This document shows positions 1 through 12,736 of a stretch of 64,000 nucleotides of DNA, in pieces (position 1 is the first letter of the stretch; every line of letters starts with the position of its first letter). The stretch is from Iphione sp. A-MEVVRFRX5. Lineage: Eukaryota. A program made the translations under genes and the position numbers. The notes beneath the pieces were generated by a model, which was not told where the DNA came from, did not search any database, and worked only from the letters and a program-made list of their open reading frames with translations. The stretch covers positions 80,352,001 through 80,416,000 of the forward strand of contig OZ320317.1 of the NCBI GenBank assembly GCA_976226885.1, given 5' to 3'.

Positions 1-3000
1 AATTTCTTATGTGAAGCAATCTTCAATTGCTTTGCCCAAACTACCAAGACTCTCTGTTCCTGGTGACAGCCATCAAAAAGATGATAATAATTATTTTTCC
101 TACTTCCCCTTTTTTCCAAATGAATTGGACTAAATAGGCTTGGGGTGAAAAGTTTGCAGGATCTGTTGTACTCCCTCAACATCTGATTTACAGACCAAAT
201 GGTTTTATTCAACTCACCCTGTATGTATTGAGAATGGGACTGTGATCTGTAACGCTGAAAATGTATACCTACAATGGGACATAGCACAATAACGGAAATG
301 TGAACGGTGACACATTGGTGAATAATTGTACATGTATTTTATTACCTGTTCAGGGTTTTTACAGACCCAACTAACAGATTGCAAGCTTACACGCTTCCGA
401 AGTCGGGGAATTACTTGGGTTTGACCGATGCTAATTTGTGATCAGGACTGTCTTACCCTGGACACAGTGCTTAATGGTCGTCCAGGGAGCCTTGCCTCCA
501 TCTAAAGGGATTGTTAGAGTCCGTGTGCCGCTACGTGAGAAGCTGCTCACTAATAGCCACTGACTGGTACTGGCCTCTGGGCTAATCAAGGCACACGATA
601 AGAAGCTCTAGTTTACACTTTTCCCTGTCAGGGCACACTTTACGCCGACCAACACTGAGCAATATCTTTCCTATGCAGAGGTAGCGGTTGAAAGCCAGGA
701 GGAGGCCTGTTCGCGTGGATGAAGTAACTCTACGGTTGACATGTTTGATAAGCAGCTCGTACGGATTGAGCAGCTCTTGTCAACTTCGATATGTGCTCAG
801 GCAGACACTAGATATGGGAGGATAACGCACGGCAGATGGTGAACAGGGGTAGGGGAGGGGCCCTACTGGCTCCAGTCCCCGCTCGTCGCTGCGATAAAGT
901 GAGACTAATTGGGGGCAAAGCCTCTATGGTGACGGTTTAATTACATACCTCCCGGTTCTATCGGCTAATATTGGCGCTCTGATGTATGTAACTGAGGCAT
1001 GCTAATTCCACGTTACTCTATGAAGCCTTAGCAGAAAAGTGCGAAACCAACCATGCAGCAACCCGTCCTTGACAGGATTCCCCATTAAATTAAGTCTCCT
1101 CCTGGAAATGCTGCACATATGCTGGAAGGTGGGTTTTCAAGTCGGCTCACACTAACCAGATACTCCATACCTGAACGGTCTTCATAACCGAATGCCCATA
1201 GATGTAAAAATGATATTTGTAGCAAACGATATTTGTACCACTTAGTACCCTGTTTCCGGGCAATTCCGCATCCGAACATGAAAACTTGATATTGATCTAG
1301 ACAGAGTGGATCTATTACTCCATATGCGAACAATAGAGACAACACGGGGGGTCATTGAGCTCAAGGGATAAGAAAGGGAGGGGGTCGATGTGGACATCCT
1401 TTTGATTCAGCAGGCATTAGGGTTACTAAGCCATGACTTCCTAACCATAGAGACAACACAGTGCATCATGCAGATAAGGGAGGGAGTTTGTTTGATATTG
1501 TAGGTGTTAGGGCAACTCGACGGATACAAACAACACTTTACTATTCCCACACCCAAACGACCCTCATTTACGGACGATATTAACCGAAACCGACCACCGT
1601 TCAGTAAGCTGGCTGACTATACACGTATTCAGGCTTTTAAATGGGTGGCCTTTGTGTACCTACCTATCCTACCAAACTTGGCTGAATGAGGGTCTTTTCA
1701 TATACATGTACAGGTATTCAGTACGATAGAAAAAAGTGACCTGCGGGGCTCATGTTGTTATCTGCTGGTGATTGAAATCAACCTCAGATAGGTGGGCTTT
1801 TCATGTATACTTATCCACACTTTCGGATGTATGGCTGTGACATGTGGGAAAAGCCAGACATAAGGTATACCCTAGCTACCACCCTTGTGTCCAGACATAC
1901 TGCATATGGATGCGCCACCGTGCCACTCGTCGACCAGCAACCGCTTTAGCAACAGCAATGCATAAACACAAGCAGAGGTACATGGCAGCTCGTTTCAAAA
2001 TCCATTTTTTCTTGGTTAGAATCACCAAGAGGAGGCGATCGAGGAACTGGGGCCACCTTTGGAGTAAAAGAGAGACGGACAGACCAGACCATCACCCGAT
2101 CTGCAAAACACACCCATATGCAGGACCATACAACCCATGTACATTGGGATAGTCACACTTCATCACACTGGTGCGGTCTTCTCGATGTCCATAGCCCTGC
2201 ATGCGGATCCAGATAACTCACGTACATGGACATACCCCCCCCATAATGATCCTTATCCTTCACTTGCACGCGAATGGCACAGGCACGCACTTATAATCGT
2301 TATTAATCACTGAGACTTTAAGACTTTTATTGAGCAAACATGATCCCCATCACCCGGTACTTTTCTATGATTAGTAAATAGTCCCTGAAATCACATTGTC
2401 TATCGATGCTTTCTCTTAAAAGGCGAAAAGGGGAGAAGGGTCAATTTTAATCAATTATATGGAAATTTCCAATTACATGGCTAGTTCCACTGTTGTTTAA
2501 ATTCTCTGCAACCAGAACCAGGTGTCACTTTTAGCACTATTTAACGCCTGGCAGAGAAAGGACTGTAGCTGGCCCTCATTTTCAAAACCATATCTTCGTG
2601 AGTCACTGACCGAGGTGATTCCGCCTCATGTGACACTACCGGGATGAAGCCTTTCAAGTCAAGGGTATTTTCTCGCAAAGGAAACGTTAGCCAAGTTCGT
2701 TTTCCAACACGCTCTTATAGGTTTTGACAGATCGTGAGGGGAGTGGAGGGGAGGTCCAAATGGGAGCAATATTTGTGATGGTAATTTTGGTGTTGAGTAT
2801 CGTACTGATAGGAGGTCAAGGAACCGCTATCCCTTGATGTAAATCCTGTAAAATAAAAGTGATTTTGAAGCTTTGCAATTTTTTTAACAAAATATTTCCT
2901 TATCATGTGAGCATCTCCGCTTTAGGCTTGCAGAAGAAGCCCCCTGACTTCACTTTTTACCTCCCATACATTGTCCCTACACCACTATAAGCTAAAGCAG

Positions 3001-6000
3001 GGACAACCTGCTGCATCTTACACAGCATGTATATATGTATAAGGAGATGCCAATGACCGTGTGGTTACTTACCTTTTGATTGACCTAGGGTCATTTTGTG
3101 GAGCTTATCAGAGGCGGCTGTGCCAGCGGGCTAGTCCCATTTACATCCGACCAGCCAAATAGAACGCTGTGTGGGACATTGCTAGCGGAGGTCAACGGGC
3201 GTTAATCAAGAGAGATATATGGAGGAGGACCTTAGGGACAGTGGCTATGGAGTGCTTATCAACGCAATCCTTTCCGATGGCTCCATCTGGTGCCGGGAAG
3301 ATCAAGTTGCAAGGCTTAGCTCAATATCATTATCACGTCTTTCCTCTAGTCCACTGGATCAGAAATAAATTAGGTCTGAGATTCAAGTATAAACATGATA
3401 CATCTCTAACCTCCCTAGATGAATAGTATAGAAATTCGAGGAGCTGTGGGAAGGCCAGTTCACGATCAGTCAGTCACCTCTGTCGTTGAAACCGCCGAGG
3501 CATCCTAGTTTATTCACGCTGTCAATCGATTCAGGAATAGCAACACCTTCTTTCTGCGGGGGTGGTACTTCCACAGCCGAGTGACATCGTTCATTAAAGC
3601 TTAATTGACGCCCTCTTTGACTGAGCTTCGGTTGACCTGGTCAACCGGACAATTCATTAGACCCGAGTGCTCGGCGGGCGCCCTGAATGCCTCTTCTGTT
3701 TTCAGATATCTCGTATCCATCACCCAATACACTAGAGAATGGGTTTGCGGTCCGCCATTTTGAGTAGGTGTGCCATCTGGTCCTTTCCAACGAGGTTTGT
3801 GTGGAGCCCGTGGAGTCCTTTAAGGTGGCTTCCTGTCATTCGGAAGCTCATCCCAGTGCGGCCGCTACAAGAGGTTCTCCAAGCAAATGAACGTAACTTA
3901 ATAGAATAACGATTCCTTTTTCATCACATTGCACATATTATTTAAGTCGGTGTTTAAATCGTATAGATATTCATTTAATTATTGAATACAAAACTGTACG
4001 TATGATGAACTTCACCTGAAGTACAAATTCAATGCATTTTGTTGCACATTTTCTACATTTCACATATGGAGGAACGGTACATGGTTACGAATGAAACAGA
4101 AATTAAAGTATACAATTAGGAATTAAATTACTGTGTTAACAAATTAACACAGTATTGTGTGAACAAATTTTATCTTACGATCGAATATAGTTTATAAATA
4201 ACCACGTGGCTAAGCAAGTGCTGCGGTCTGAGGATACGTTGATAAAAGTAATAATTAATTTATGTATATTTTCTACAGAGGTGTATTGGAATAACAATAC
4301 CATTCGCCAATGCGTAGAACCTAACTAGAACCCTGGTGGACTCTTTTTTTTATATATATAAAAAAAATGTTACCCTTGATAGACAGTTTTCAATTTTTCA
4401 GCTTTATTCACAAACCAGCTATAGCTTTTGAAAACAAAGCTACCAAACTTACTAACGGCATTCTCGCAGAAACGTTTTATTTTAACTGTTTGTTAAACAG
4501 AGTTACAACCTGCTTCGACGTGGGTGTTAAGGAACGTTAATTGTGGGAGTGAGAAAGCGACAGATGGGCATATAATTATGTGTCCAGAAAGAAAGGGCTC
4601 ACGTTCTGCTAATTTGGAATGTATTATGGATGGTGTTAAGGTTGAATGAATGAAGTAAAAGTATCTTCAAGCCTGGACGGTGCCTTCATCATTATATGCG
4701 ATGTTTTGCCGGCATCTTTCCTTTGAGTTTTGAGCTACGCCATGCGCACTTGTATACAATAGTGAAAAATATAGCTTACGGCCGGTTTTCATATGTTCAC
4801 TGTATTGCGTTTCAATGTATGATTGTTGTTTTGTGTTGTGATTCACTCTTGCCAACATGCTCTATTTTCGAGCAGTGCTTAATAATTCCATGCAATACAA
4901 TGAACCCCTGATGCATGAGTAGCATATGACAAAAATGGTCAGGAACATGCCATAAAATGTTTGAACCAATGTTAAATATGTAAAAATGTACCTAATTTGC
5001 ATATGCCTGCACAGGGCGTTTACCTTGAAAAAATTCACCGCAAATTTGTTTTTACTCCTCAGATTTGCTGCATATTAGACATTTTTTCACTGCAAATCAG
5101 ATATTTACCAAAAACGGGGTTTTTATCCTTCAAATTAGCTGAAAATAGAAAATGCATGCAAAGAAAATCAGCACACTGCAAACAACTGCACATCCACGCG
5201 TCCATTCATGTATGCTTTCCAGTCACTGAACACAGAATGAACATTCATGCACATGCCTGGAAACAGGTCCCAAGATGTGATACATGCCAAAATTAATGAG
5301 CTTTAGTTGCATTCAAGTCATGAGCTTGATGTAGTGGTTGTTCTGCTGCAGGATAGTGACACTTTTGAAATAAAAGTGTTTCATCATCAATATGAAACTT
5401 TCCTGTGCCTATTAGGTCCAAGCAGGCATCTCAAGTAGTTGATCTTGCCTAGCCGAAGGTCTCTGGAGTTGCCTTTTCTGGATGCAAACAAAAACTAGTC
5501 TGACTAAGTAATAATGCGTTGAAATATACTGTACATTTTCAAATTGAATACCGGAAGTTGAGGCTTTTCCTTTTTAGGTAAGTACAAATATCCACATGGG
5601 TTTAGTGTCACACAGCCAAATTATATATATATGTCGAATAAGGCATTTATTTGAATATTGTTTAGATACCAAGACAACATAGCGTTTCGACATGGCAACA
5701 GTTATCCGTATCCATGACGTATCTTCGTGAAGGAACATATTGTACTAACCGTTATTCCACTCTGATTTTTCTTTTTGTCATTAAAGAAGCCTAAATTGTG
5801 GGCCTTACCCCCAATTTGAGTGTCCCTTGTCTGTATCTGAATATATATATATATATATATTCAAGGAAAGCATAAGATTCACATGACACTGCATTATCAA
5901 TGAAAAAGGACGATTTAGAGATATTTCACATTTCGTACGTAACTTTTTATCACACAATACCAAGATCTGTTTGCATCGTCCCCGGAAAATATGGCATCCT

Positions 6001-6858
6001 GAGAGCAGAATTACATTCTACTTTTCACACAGGTGGAACACACTCCGAGCAAGGTGCTGACTTAACGACTTGTACTCATCCGGATATTTATTTCCTGAAT
6101 GACATGTTGGCCCGGGTTTATTGGAGATTGTGTCCGGAATCATCGACCGACCGGAAATTAAACGTAGTTTTGAACCCCGTACCCATAGTCTGTGGAGCAT
6201 GTATAGCCAAGCGGTTGATTTTTATGACTTGTCACATTAATATGCACTTCTTTGCATGAAGGAATAAGCCCCGTACTATTTGCTGCTCCTATACCTATTG
6301 TTCTCCCCCAGTCTCACGTTCCCTAATTACTGTTCCTTATCACAAACCTAACTCCTTCTTATCCTCTCGGTCACCATCCTTCCCCTTCCTCTTCCGTTTC
6401 CTCCCTTCCCCTTCGCTTCACCTGGACGTTTGATGTTCTGGGTTGCCAAGTTACAAGGTTACTGTTTGGACGAGGTGGAGATACTGAAGGTAAAAGGTCA
6501 TAGGTCACATTGATAATGTATTGGTCTGTTTTTTGTACAGTAGGGAAATGAAAAGAAAAGGACTGAAAACAACACGAAGTCCTCTAAGACAAAACTGTGA
6601 TTAAACAAGAAGCTCACATCCTCCAGGCATGCAGACAGCTGATAAGGCAGCGATATGGAACAAGCAAGGCAAGCATGGCAATGCTAAAAGGTCATTGCGG
6701 ACTAGAGCGATACAAAGGCTGAAGAATCGAGGAAACGTTTTCATCCTCCTCCATAAGAAATGTTAATATGACCACCCTTTTATATGTCTCCTAATGAAAT
6801 GTGAAGAGATGACAAAGTACATCCACTGAGGCATCAGGTATTCATTGCTGAACTCACT

Positions 6859-7135
6859 AAGTGAAAGCCGCACTGGTCGGTGAACTCTCCAGGTGAAAGC
6901 CATCCTGGTTTTTGAACTCCCTGAATGAAGCTATACTGGTTTGTGAACTTTCTAAGTAAAGGTCATACTGGTTGATGAACTCCCTGAATGAAAGCCATAC
7001 TGGATGGTAAACTCCTTGAGTGCAATGCATACTGGTTGGTAAACCCCCATGAGTGAAAGCCATATTGGTTGGTGATCTCCCTGAGTGAAAGGCATATATG
7101 TTGGTAACTCCCAAAGTGAAAGCCATACGTGTTGC
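6859..7135. repeat. Degenerate ~32-bp minisatellite, ~9 copies (consensus approx. GAGTGAAAGCCATACTGGTTGGTGAACTCCCT)
   Basis: Units read directly, e.g. aagtgaaagccgcactggtcggtgaactctcc / aggtgaaagccatcctggtttttgaactccct / gaatgaaagccatactggatggtaaactcctt. ORF 6857..7162(-) is a translation of this repeat. Confidence 0.9.
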
Positions 7136-7484
7136 GGGATTTTCAGGCAGTGCTATGGTCAAAAAGAATTAAGTCCATCATGGACATTGCCGCAGACTGC
7201 CAGGTAGTTACCCTCGTCGTTCATCATTTAACTGGGTTCACATTTGTTGGATGGAACTCACACAGCTGAAGAGCGTGTTTATAGATGTTGAGTAATGGAG
7301 GCTTATCTGCTTTCTGATGAGTTGGCTAAAAGGAAGACACGAAGCTCGATCACTAAACTAAAGTATTTGCAGCATGTCAGTCAGCTCTAGATAAATCGAT
7401 TTTCCTTACATAATCACTTGGGACTGAGAAAGACCACAAACTTTATTTAATAAATTTTTCCAGGAAGGGCCACACAGTCTGTAT

Positions 7485-7798
7485 TGTTGGAGCCACCGTG
7501 TGGCTGCGGTGCCGCGGCACACGAGGGGTGCTGCGGCACAAGTGGATCAGACTAGTAGGGTGCTGCGGTACGCCCCCGTGCGGCACTCGTAGGGGTGCTG
7601 CGGAGCTAGGAGGGGTCCGGTACCCGGATGCTGAGGAGACTGGGGATGGGTATATAAGGGAGTTGGCCCTCCGGGCAGTTCAGACTACTGTTGGTGCTCA
7701 TTGTTGGTGCTTACTTGTTGATGCTCGTTATTGCTCTTACTGAATAAACCTCATTACCTTAACTGGAGTCATGTCTTACTTGCGGAGCGGACGCTACA
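7485..7798 (+). repeat. 5' LTR (314 bp)
   Basis: TGTTGGAGCC...GACGCTACA. It matches 17122-17435 with 9 substitutions and no indels (305/314, 97.1%) by manual alignment. TATATAA at 7651-7657, AATAAA at 7743-7748. Confidence 0.98.
7651..7657 (+). promoter_or_regulatory. LTR TATA box (U3)
   Basis: gggTATATAAggg lies ~90 bp upstream of the LTR AATAAA, the usual U3-R layout. The position of the transcription start is inferred. Confidence 0.75.
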
Positions 7799-7799
7799 T

Positions 7800-7817
7800 T
7801 GGTGGCAGCGGTGGGAT
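7800..7817 (+). other. Primer-binding site complementary to the tRNA-Leu 3' end
   Basis: TGGTGGCAGCGGTGGGAT starts 1 nt after the LTR end. It is the reverse complement of ...AUCCCACCGCUGCCA-CCA, the 3' end of metazoan tRNA-Leu (AAG/UAG type). Confidence 0.92.
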
Positions 7818-8292
7818 AGAGGAATCGCCCACGGGTGCACCGCAACCGCGAGGACGGGGGACGCGCCCTGTTCCCCGGGGGGGACATGTGGGACGTACCA
7901 TCCCCCACGAGTGGTCCCCCACGAGGGGAGACTCCAGCACTGAGGATGAGGAAGTGCAGCTCAGGGCGCATCGTGTGCCGTGGGGCCGCGGCACCCCACC
8001 GTGCCGCAGCACCCCACCGCGCCGCACCACCCCGCCGTGCCGCAGCACCCCGTTGCACCGCAGCGGCACAGTGCTGTCGGACGAAGACCACTCGTCGAGC
8101 CGCAGCAGCAGTGAGGATTCTTCTATCCCCAGCGGGGCCGGCTCACCACGCGGGGGGGGCTGCGACGACGCCACGCCCGGGGCCCCCACCGGAGTAGGAG
8201 GACAGGCGGGTGGGACGGCAAGCCCCAGCGACCCTGCTACGCCAGTCTCCCCACCACCCGAAGTCCCACCAGCTGGCTCTTCCCCGCACAAC

Positions 8293-9167
8293 ATGAGCCC
8301 TGCTGGGAACGGGCAAGGAAATGCCGCGCAGTTGATGCGGGGCCTGATGGACGAGATCCAGTCTGCTCTCCGGCCTGCCCCCCCGATACCCCCTGCACGC
8401 CGGTTTCATGTCAAACCGGAAACCTTTAATGGGGGAGTTCCGCTCGCAGAATATTTGCATCACTTCTCACTGGTGGCCCGGGCTAACCGATGGGACGAAG
8501 CGGAACAGGTGCTGCAGCTCAGCGTGTGCCTCAGGGGCTCGGCACAATCCGGCCTTCGCTCGGCCAACGTGGATGTTATGAACATTATGAACAGGAATTG
8601 AAACAACGTCGCCAGAGGAAAGACGAGGACGTTCAGAAACTGGCCGAGGAGGTTGAGAGGTTGGTACGGCAGGCCTATCCAGAGGCAGAGGGCTCCTGGT
8701 TGGATCGAATGTGCAAGGATGCCTTCGTCTCGGCCCTCCGCGAAGAACGTTGCCGGAGATGGGTTGTGCAAGCTAAGGCCCGGTCCTTCCAGGCAGCCAT
8801 CTCGGAGGCGCTTTTGGCTGAGTCGTATCACCGTGCTGAGAAGGAGCGCAGCCCGGGGGCTGGGACAACGCGCATCCATGCGGCACAGGCCGAATCTCAG
8901 GAGGTAGCTGCGGCTAGCCATGACCCCAAGACAACGACCGGATTGGAGCGCATTGAGCAGCTCCTGTCCAAGCTACTGGAACAGCCCGCAACAACCTCTC
9001 CCCCCATTCGGTGAGGGGGCAAGCGCACGAACAACGAAGGATACTTTTACTGCAAGGAGCCCGGGCACTTCAAGCGGGACTGCCCGGTGCGGAAGGCAGC
9101 CGAGAGCACCGCCGACGTTGCCCCGACACAGCCGGAAAACGAGAAGCCGCCCGCCCCGGCTCAGTAG
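8293..9167 (+). pseudogene. gag: Gypsy gag, disrupted
   Basis: Capsid-like motifs KPETFNG..PLAEYLHHF..VARANRW..LQL..CLRG, then ELKQRRQ..EDVQKLAEEVERLVRQAYP in another frame (deletion/frameshift near 8550). In-frame TGA at 9012-9014. Zinc knuckle YFYCKEPGHFKRDC at 9042-9083 has its first Cys changed to Tyr. Natural stop TAG at 9165-9167. The start codon is uncertain; the frame is open upstream to 7771. Confidence 0.9.
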
Positions 9168-12100
9168 GGCGGGCGGCGTCCGATTCCATACCACCCGGCC
9201 TGGGACCCCCCTTGGAGGCGATGGTCGCTGCCGTTGAGGGGGAGCCAGGAAGGATACTGCAGGGAAGGAGGCGGACGGGGTGCTGGGGAGTATTGCTGGA
9301 GGGAATGGTCGGCGGACAGATGGTGGATTGGCTGGTGGACACAGGAGCCTCCGCTGCCCTCCTCTCAGCGCAGACATACCGAGAACTACGGGGAGTGCCA
9401 TTGGACCCGGCGGGGGCGTGAGTCTTTGGAGTGGATGGCAGCGCCCTACAAGTGTTAGGGCTGGTGGATTGCAAAGTTCAGTTCGCAGGGGTCACCCTGC
9501 AGGTGGTAGCCATTGTGGTAGAGATGGGGATACCGGGCCTGCTTGGCTTGGACTGGCTGGATCGGTGGGCGGCAACAGTGGATACGAGGAAGGCCATGGT
9601 CACTGTTTGGCCCGACAACCACGAACGGGTGGCAACCCTGCGAGCCAGCGGCAGTCAGGAGATTCCTGCGGGAGGGGTAGGCTGGGTTCAGGCGAAGGCG
9701 TGTCAAGGAAAGGTCGACTCTTTGGAAGGGTTGGCGGAGCCCGACGCCAGGTTCGAGTCGCGCTCAGGGTTACGAGTGGCTCGCGCGCTGGTGCGACCCC
9801 AGGAGGGGAGGGTGTGGGTCCCAGTGTGGAACCCTGGCTCCCAGGTGACACGAGTCTTCGAGGGAACCCAACTAGCCGAGCTCCGTCAAGTAGCAGCGGT
9901 GCTGGGGCCACCCGGAGCTCCCCAGGAACAGGTGGAAACGGAGCAAGAACAAGCTGTGGAGTACTTGCTAGGACAACTACTGGTGGAGACCACCGACCCG
10001 GAGAGACAGCAGATAGCGGCCATGCTACAGAGCCATCGCGAGGTCTTCCAGACAGCCAGTGGGCCCCTCGGCCGTACCCCAGAGGTCCGACACCGCATCG
10101 ACACCCAGGGTCACCCACCCATCCGACAACGAGCAAGGCGTCTTCCCCCACACAAGAGGGAGGCAGTTCACGCGGAGGTGGAAAAGATGGTGCAGAAGGG
10201 GGTGCTGGAGCCCTCCACAAGCCCATGGGCATCTCCGTTGGTGCTCGTACAAAAGAAAGACGGGGGGCTACGGTTCTGCATTGACTATCGCAAACTCAAC
10301 GCTATCACCAAGAAGGACGCCTTCCCCCTCCCCTGGATAGACGACACCCTCGATGCCCTGCAGGGTAGTCAGTACTTTTCGGCGATCGACCTGGCCAGCG
10401 GTTACTGGCAGGTAGAGATGGAGCCGGCGGATGCAGAGAAGACGGCAGTGTCCACCCCGAACGGCCTTTACCAGTTCCAGGTGATGCCGTTCGGCCTCTG
10501 CAACGTGCCCTCCACCTTCGAGCGGCTTATGGAGTCCGTACTGCGGGGCCTCGTGGGCACCGAGTGCTTGGTGTACCTCGGCGATGTGATCGTCCTGGGC
10601 CGCTCGGTGGAGGAGATGTGCACCCGACTCAGTACGGTGTTCCAGAGGTTGACTGAGGCAGGACTCCGTGTCAAAGCGTCCAAGTGTCAGCTGTTCCAGC
10701 GAGAGGTAGCATACCTGGGCCATCGAGTCTTGGCGGAAGGGGTAGGGGTCGACCCAGAGAAGATCAGGGCCGTAGCAGGATGGCCCCTCCCCCGGTGTGC
10801 GGCGGAACTTCGAAGCTTTTTAGGACATTGTTCGTACTACCGCAGCTTTGTAGAAGGGTTTGCTACCCTGGCGGCACCCCTGCATGCCTTGGCTGGAGCG
10901 GAGCGGGAGTTTGAGTGGTCCCCGGCATGCCAAGAAGCCTTCGAACAACTGAAAGCCCGGCTGTCCACTACCCCCGTCCTGGGTTACCTGACACCCCAGG
11001 GGCAATTGCTCTTAGACACCGATGCTTCCGACACCGGCATCGGTGCGGTGTTGTCCCAAGTGCAGGATGGGCGCGAGCGGGTGTTAGCCTATGCCAGCCG
11101 CACACTTACCCGTCCCAAACGGAACTACTGCGTCACTAGGAAGGAACTCTTGGCGGTGGTATTCGCCCTCCGGAAGTTTAGATGCTACGTAGGAGGCCGG
11201 GCCATAGATATCCGCACCGACCACGATTCCTTGTGCTGGCTGTGCAACTTCCATGAGCCACAGGGACAGCTGGCCAGGTGGTTGGAGGAGGTCTTCTGTC
11301 ATGACCTCCGGATCACACACCGGCCGGGAAGACGCCATGGTAACGCAGATGGACTATCACGGCAAGAGTGCAAACAGTGCGGCCGGCGAGACCCGGGGTC
11401 CGAGAGTGCGGCGGCCGTGGGCATCGCCAGAGTGGAGGGTGGCCCGGATGTGTGCCAGATGCAGAGGGCGGAACCGGCAACAGGCGAACTCATCCAAGCG
11501 CTGGAGGAGGGGGGGCCCCTCCCCGGAATGCGGGCTGGATTGACCTGGGAAGAAAGACAACTCAGAGCGGAAGGCCCGAGACTCGAGCTCCGATCGGGAG
11601 CATTGGTGCGCCTTTGGGAGCAGGAAGACAGGCAGAGGCTCCCTCAGACCTATGTCCCCCGGACCATACGGAAGAGCCTCTGGCAGGAGACCCACGCCGG
11701 CCCGGTGGGTGGCCATCTGGGTCCGGAGAAAACTGGAGCGGCGCTGCGCCGGCGCTGGTTTTGGCCCGGGATGTCGCGCGACATTGCACGCTGGTCCCAG
11801 TGCTGTCAGGCATGCCAGCAGAGAAAGGGTCTGGGGAGACGCCATCGGGCCCACCTGCAGGGACGCCCCGTGTCGGAGCCGTGGGAGGTGCTGGCGGCAG
11901 ACATCCTGGGGCCACTTGGGATAGAGAAGTCCCGGACCACCCCCTACCACCCCCAGAGCGATGGGGTGGTCGAGCGATTTAATCGCACATTGGGGAACAT
12001 GCTGGGCACACTGGCTGAGGAGCGCCGGAAAGACTGGGACCAAGCCCTGCCGTTTGTGATGGCCGCCTACCGGGCCACCCCTCACAATGCCACGGGAGAA

Positions 12101-12736
12101 TCACCGAACCAGACATTGTTACACCGGGAGGTGACGCTGCCAGTGGAGCTGCGCTATGGCGGCCCGGCTCCACCCCTGGTGGACCGTGGGGAATATGCGA
12201 GCCGGATAGCAGAAGAGGTCCGCCGGGCGCATGAGAAGGTAGCGGAGAAGCTGAGTCGCGTGGCGGCGCAACAGAAGGACTGGTACAACCGAGGGGTGCG
12301 ACACCAACGGTACGCCGAAGGCGATCGGGTCTGGCTCTTCACCCTGGCCCGTAAGAAGGGAATCTCCCCGAAGTTACAGAGCTGGTGGGAGGGACCTTGG
12401 AACGTGGAGAAGGCGCTGTCCGAGGTAGTATACCGAGTCAGTCGTGGGCATCGGCACAGAGTAGTTCATGCCGATCGCCTGAAGACCGCCCATCTCGACC
12501 CCCAGGTTACGTGCGGCGTCCAGGAGGCCGCAGCGGCACAAGACAGGATGCAGCGGCCCCCTGAGGAAGCCGCGGGGCCGCACGGTTATGCCACACCGTC
12601 AGGGGGCACCGCAGCCGCATCTCAGCATATAAATGGCAGTGCGCCGGGCCCCGCCTCGCCACTCGTAGAACCGCACGCTTCGGCCGGCCGTCTCCAGGCG
12701 GCACCAGGGGAGCCGCAGGAAGTTGCACCCGAGTGA
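9134..12736 (+). pseudogene. pol: Gypsy pol (aspartic protease, RT, RNase H, integrase), disrupted; in the -1 frame relative to gag
   Basis: Protease WLVDTGAS; in-frame TGA at 9419-9421; RT motifs DYRKLN, DLASGYWQV, MPFGL, with YLGD at 10574-10585 instead of YxDD; RNase H LDTDAS and TDH; integrase H-H-C-C zinc domain, DILGPL, YHPQSDGVVERFNRTL and a C-terminal GPW module. Putative slippery G_GAA_AAC at 9134-9140. Confidence 0.95.

Noticed and set aside
640-2300. Faint gag-like (RIEQLLS) and CCHC-like (QGYGH...KC) patches
   Set aside because: Too degenerate to support by eye; a translated profile search would be needed.
2461-2837. NF-kB-like GGAAATTTCC (2461) and AP-1 TGAGTCA upstream of a signal-peptide-like ORF (2760-2837, MGAIFVMVILVLSIVLIGGQGTAIP*)
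   Set aside because: The ORF stops after 25 aa with no usable donor before the stop. The short motifs are expected by chance in 64 kb of AT-rich DNA.
7985-8051. Short regular repeats (also 6859-7135 and 19979-20402) considered as a CRISPR array
   Set aside because: Units are directly tandem with no unique spacers, there are no cas genes, and the context is eukaryotic.
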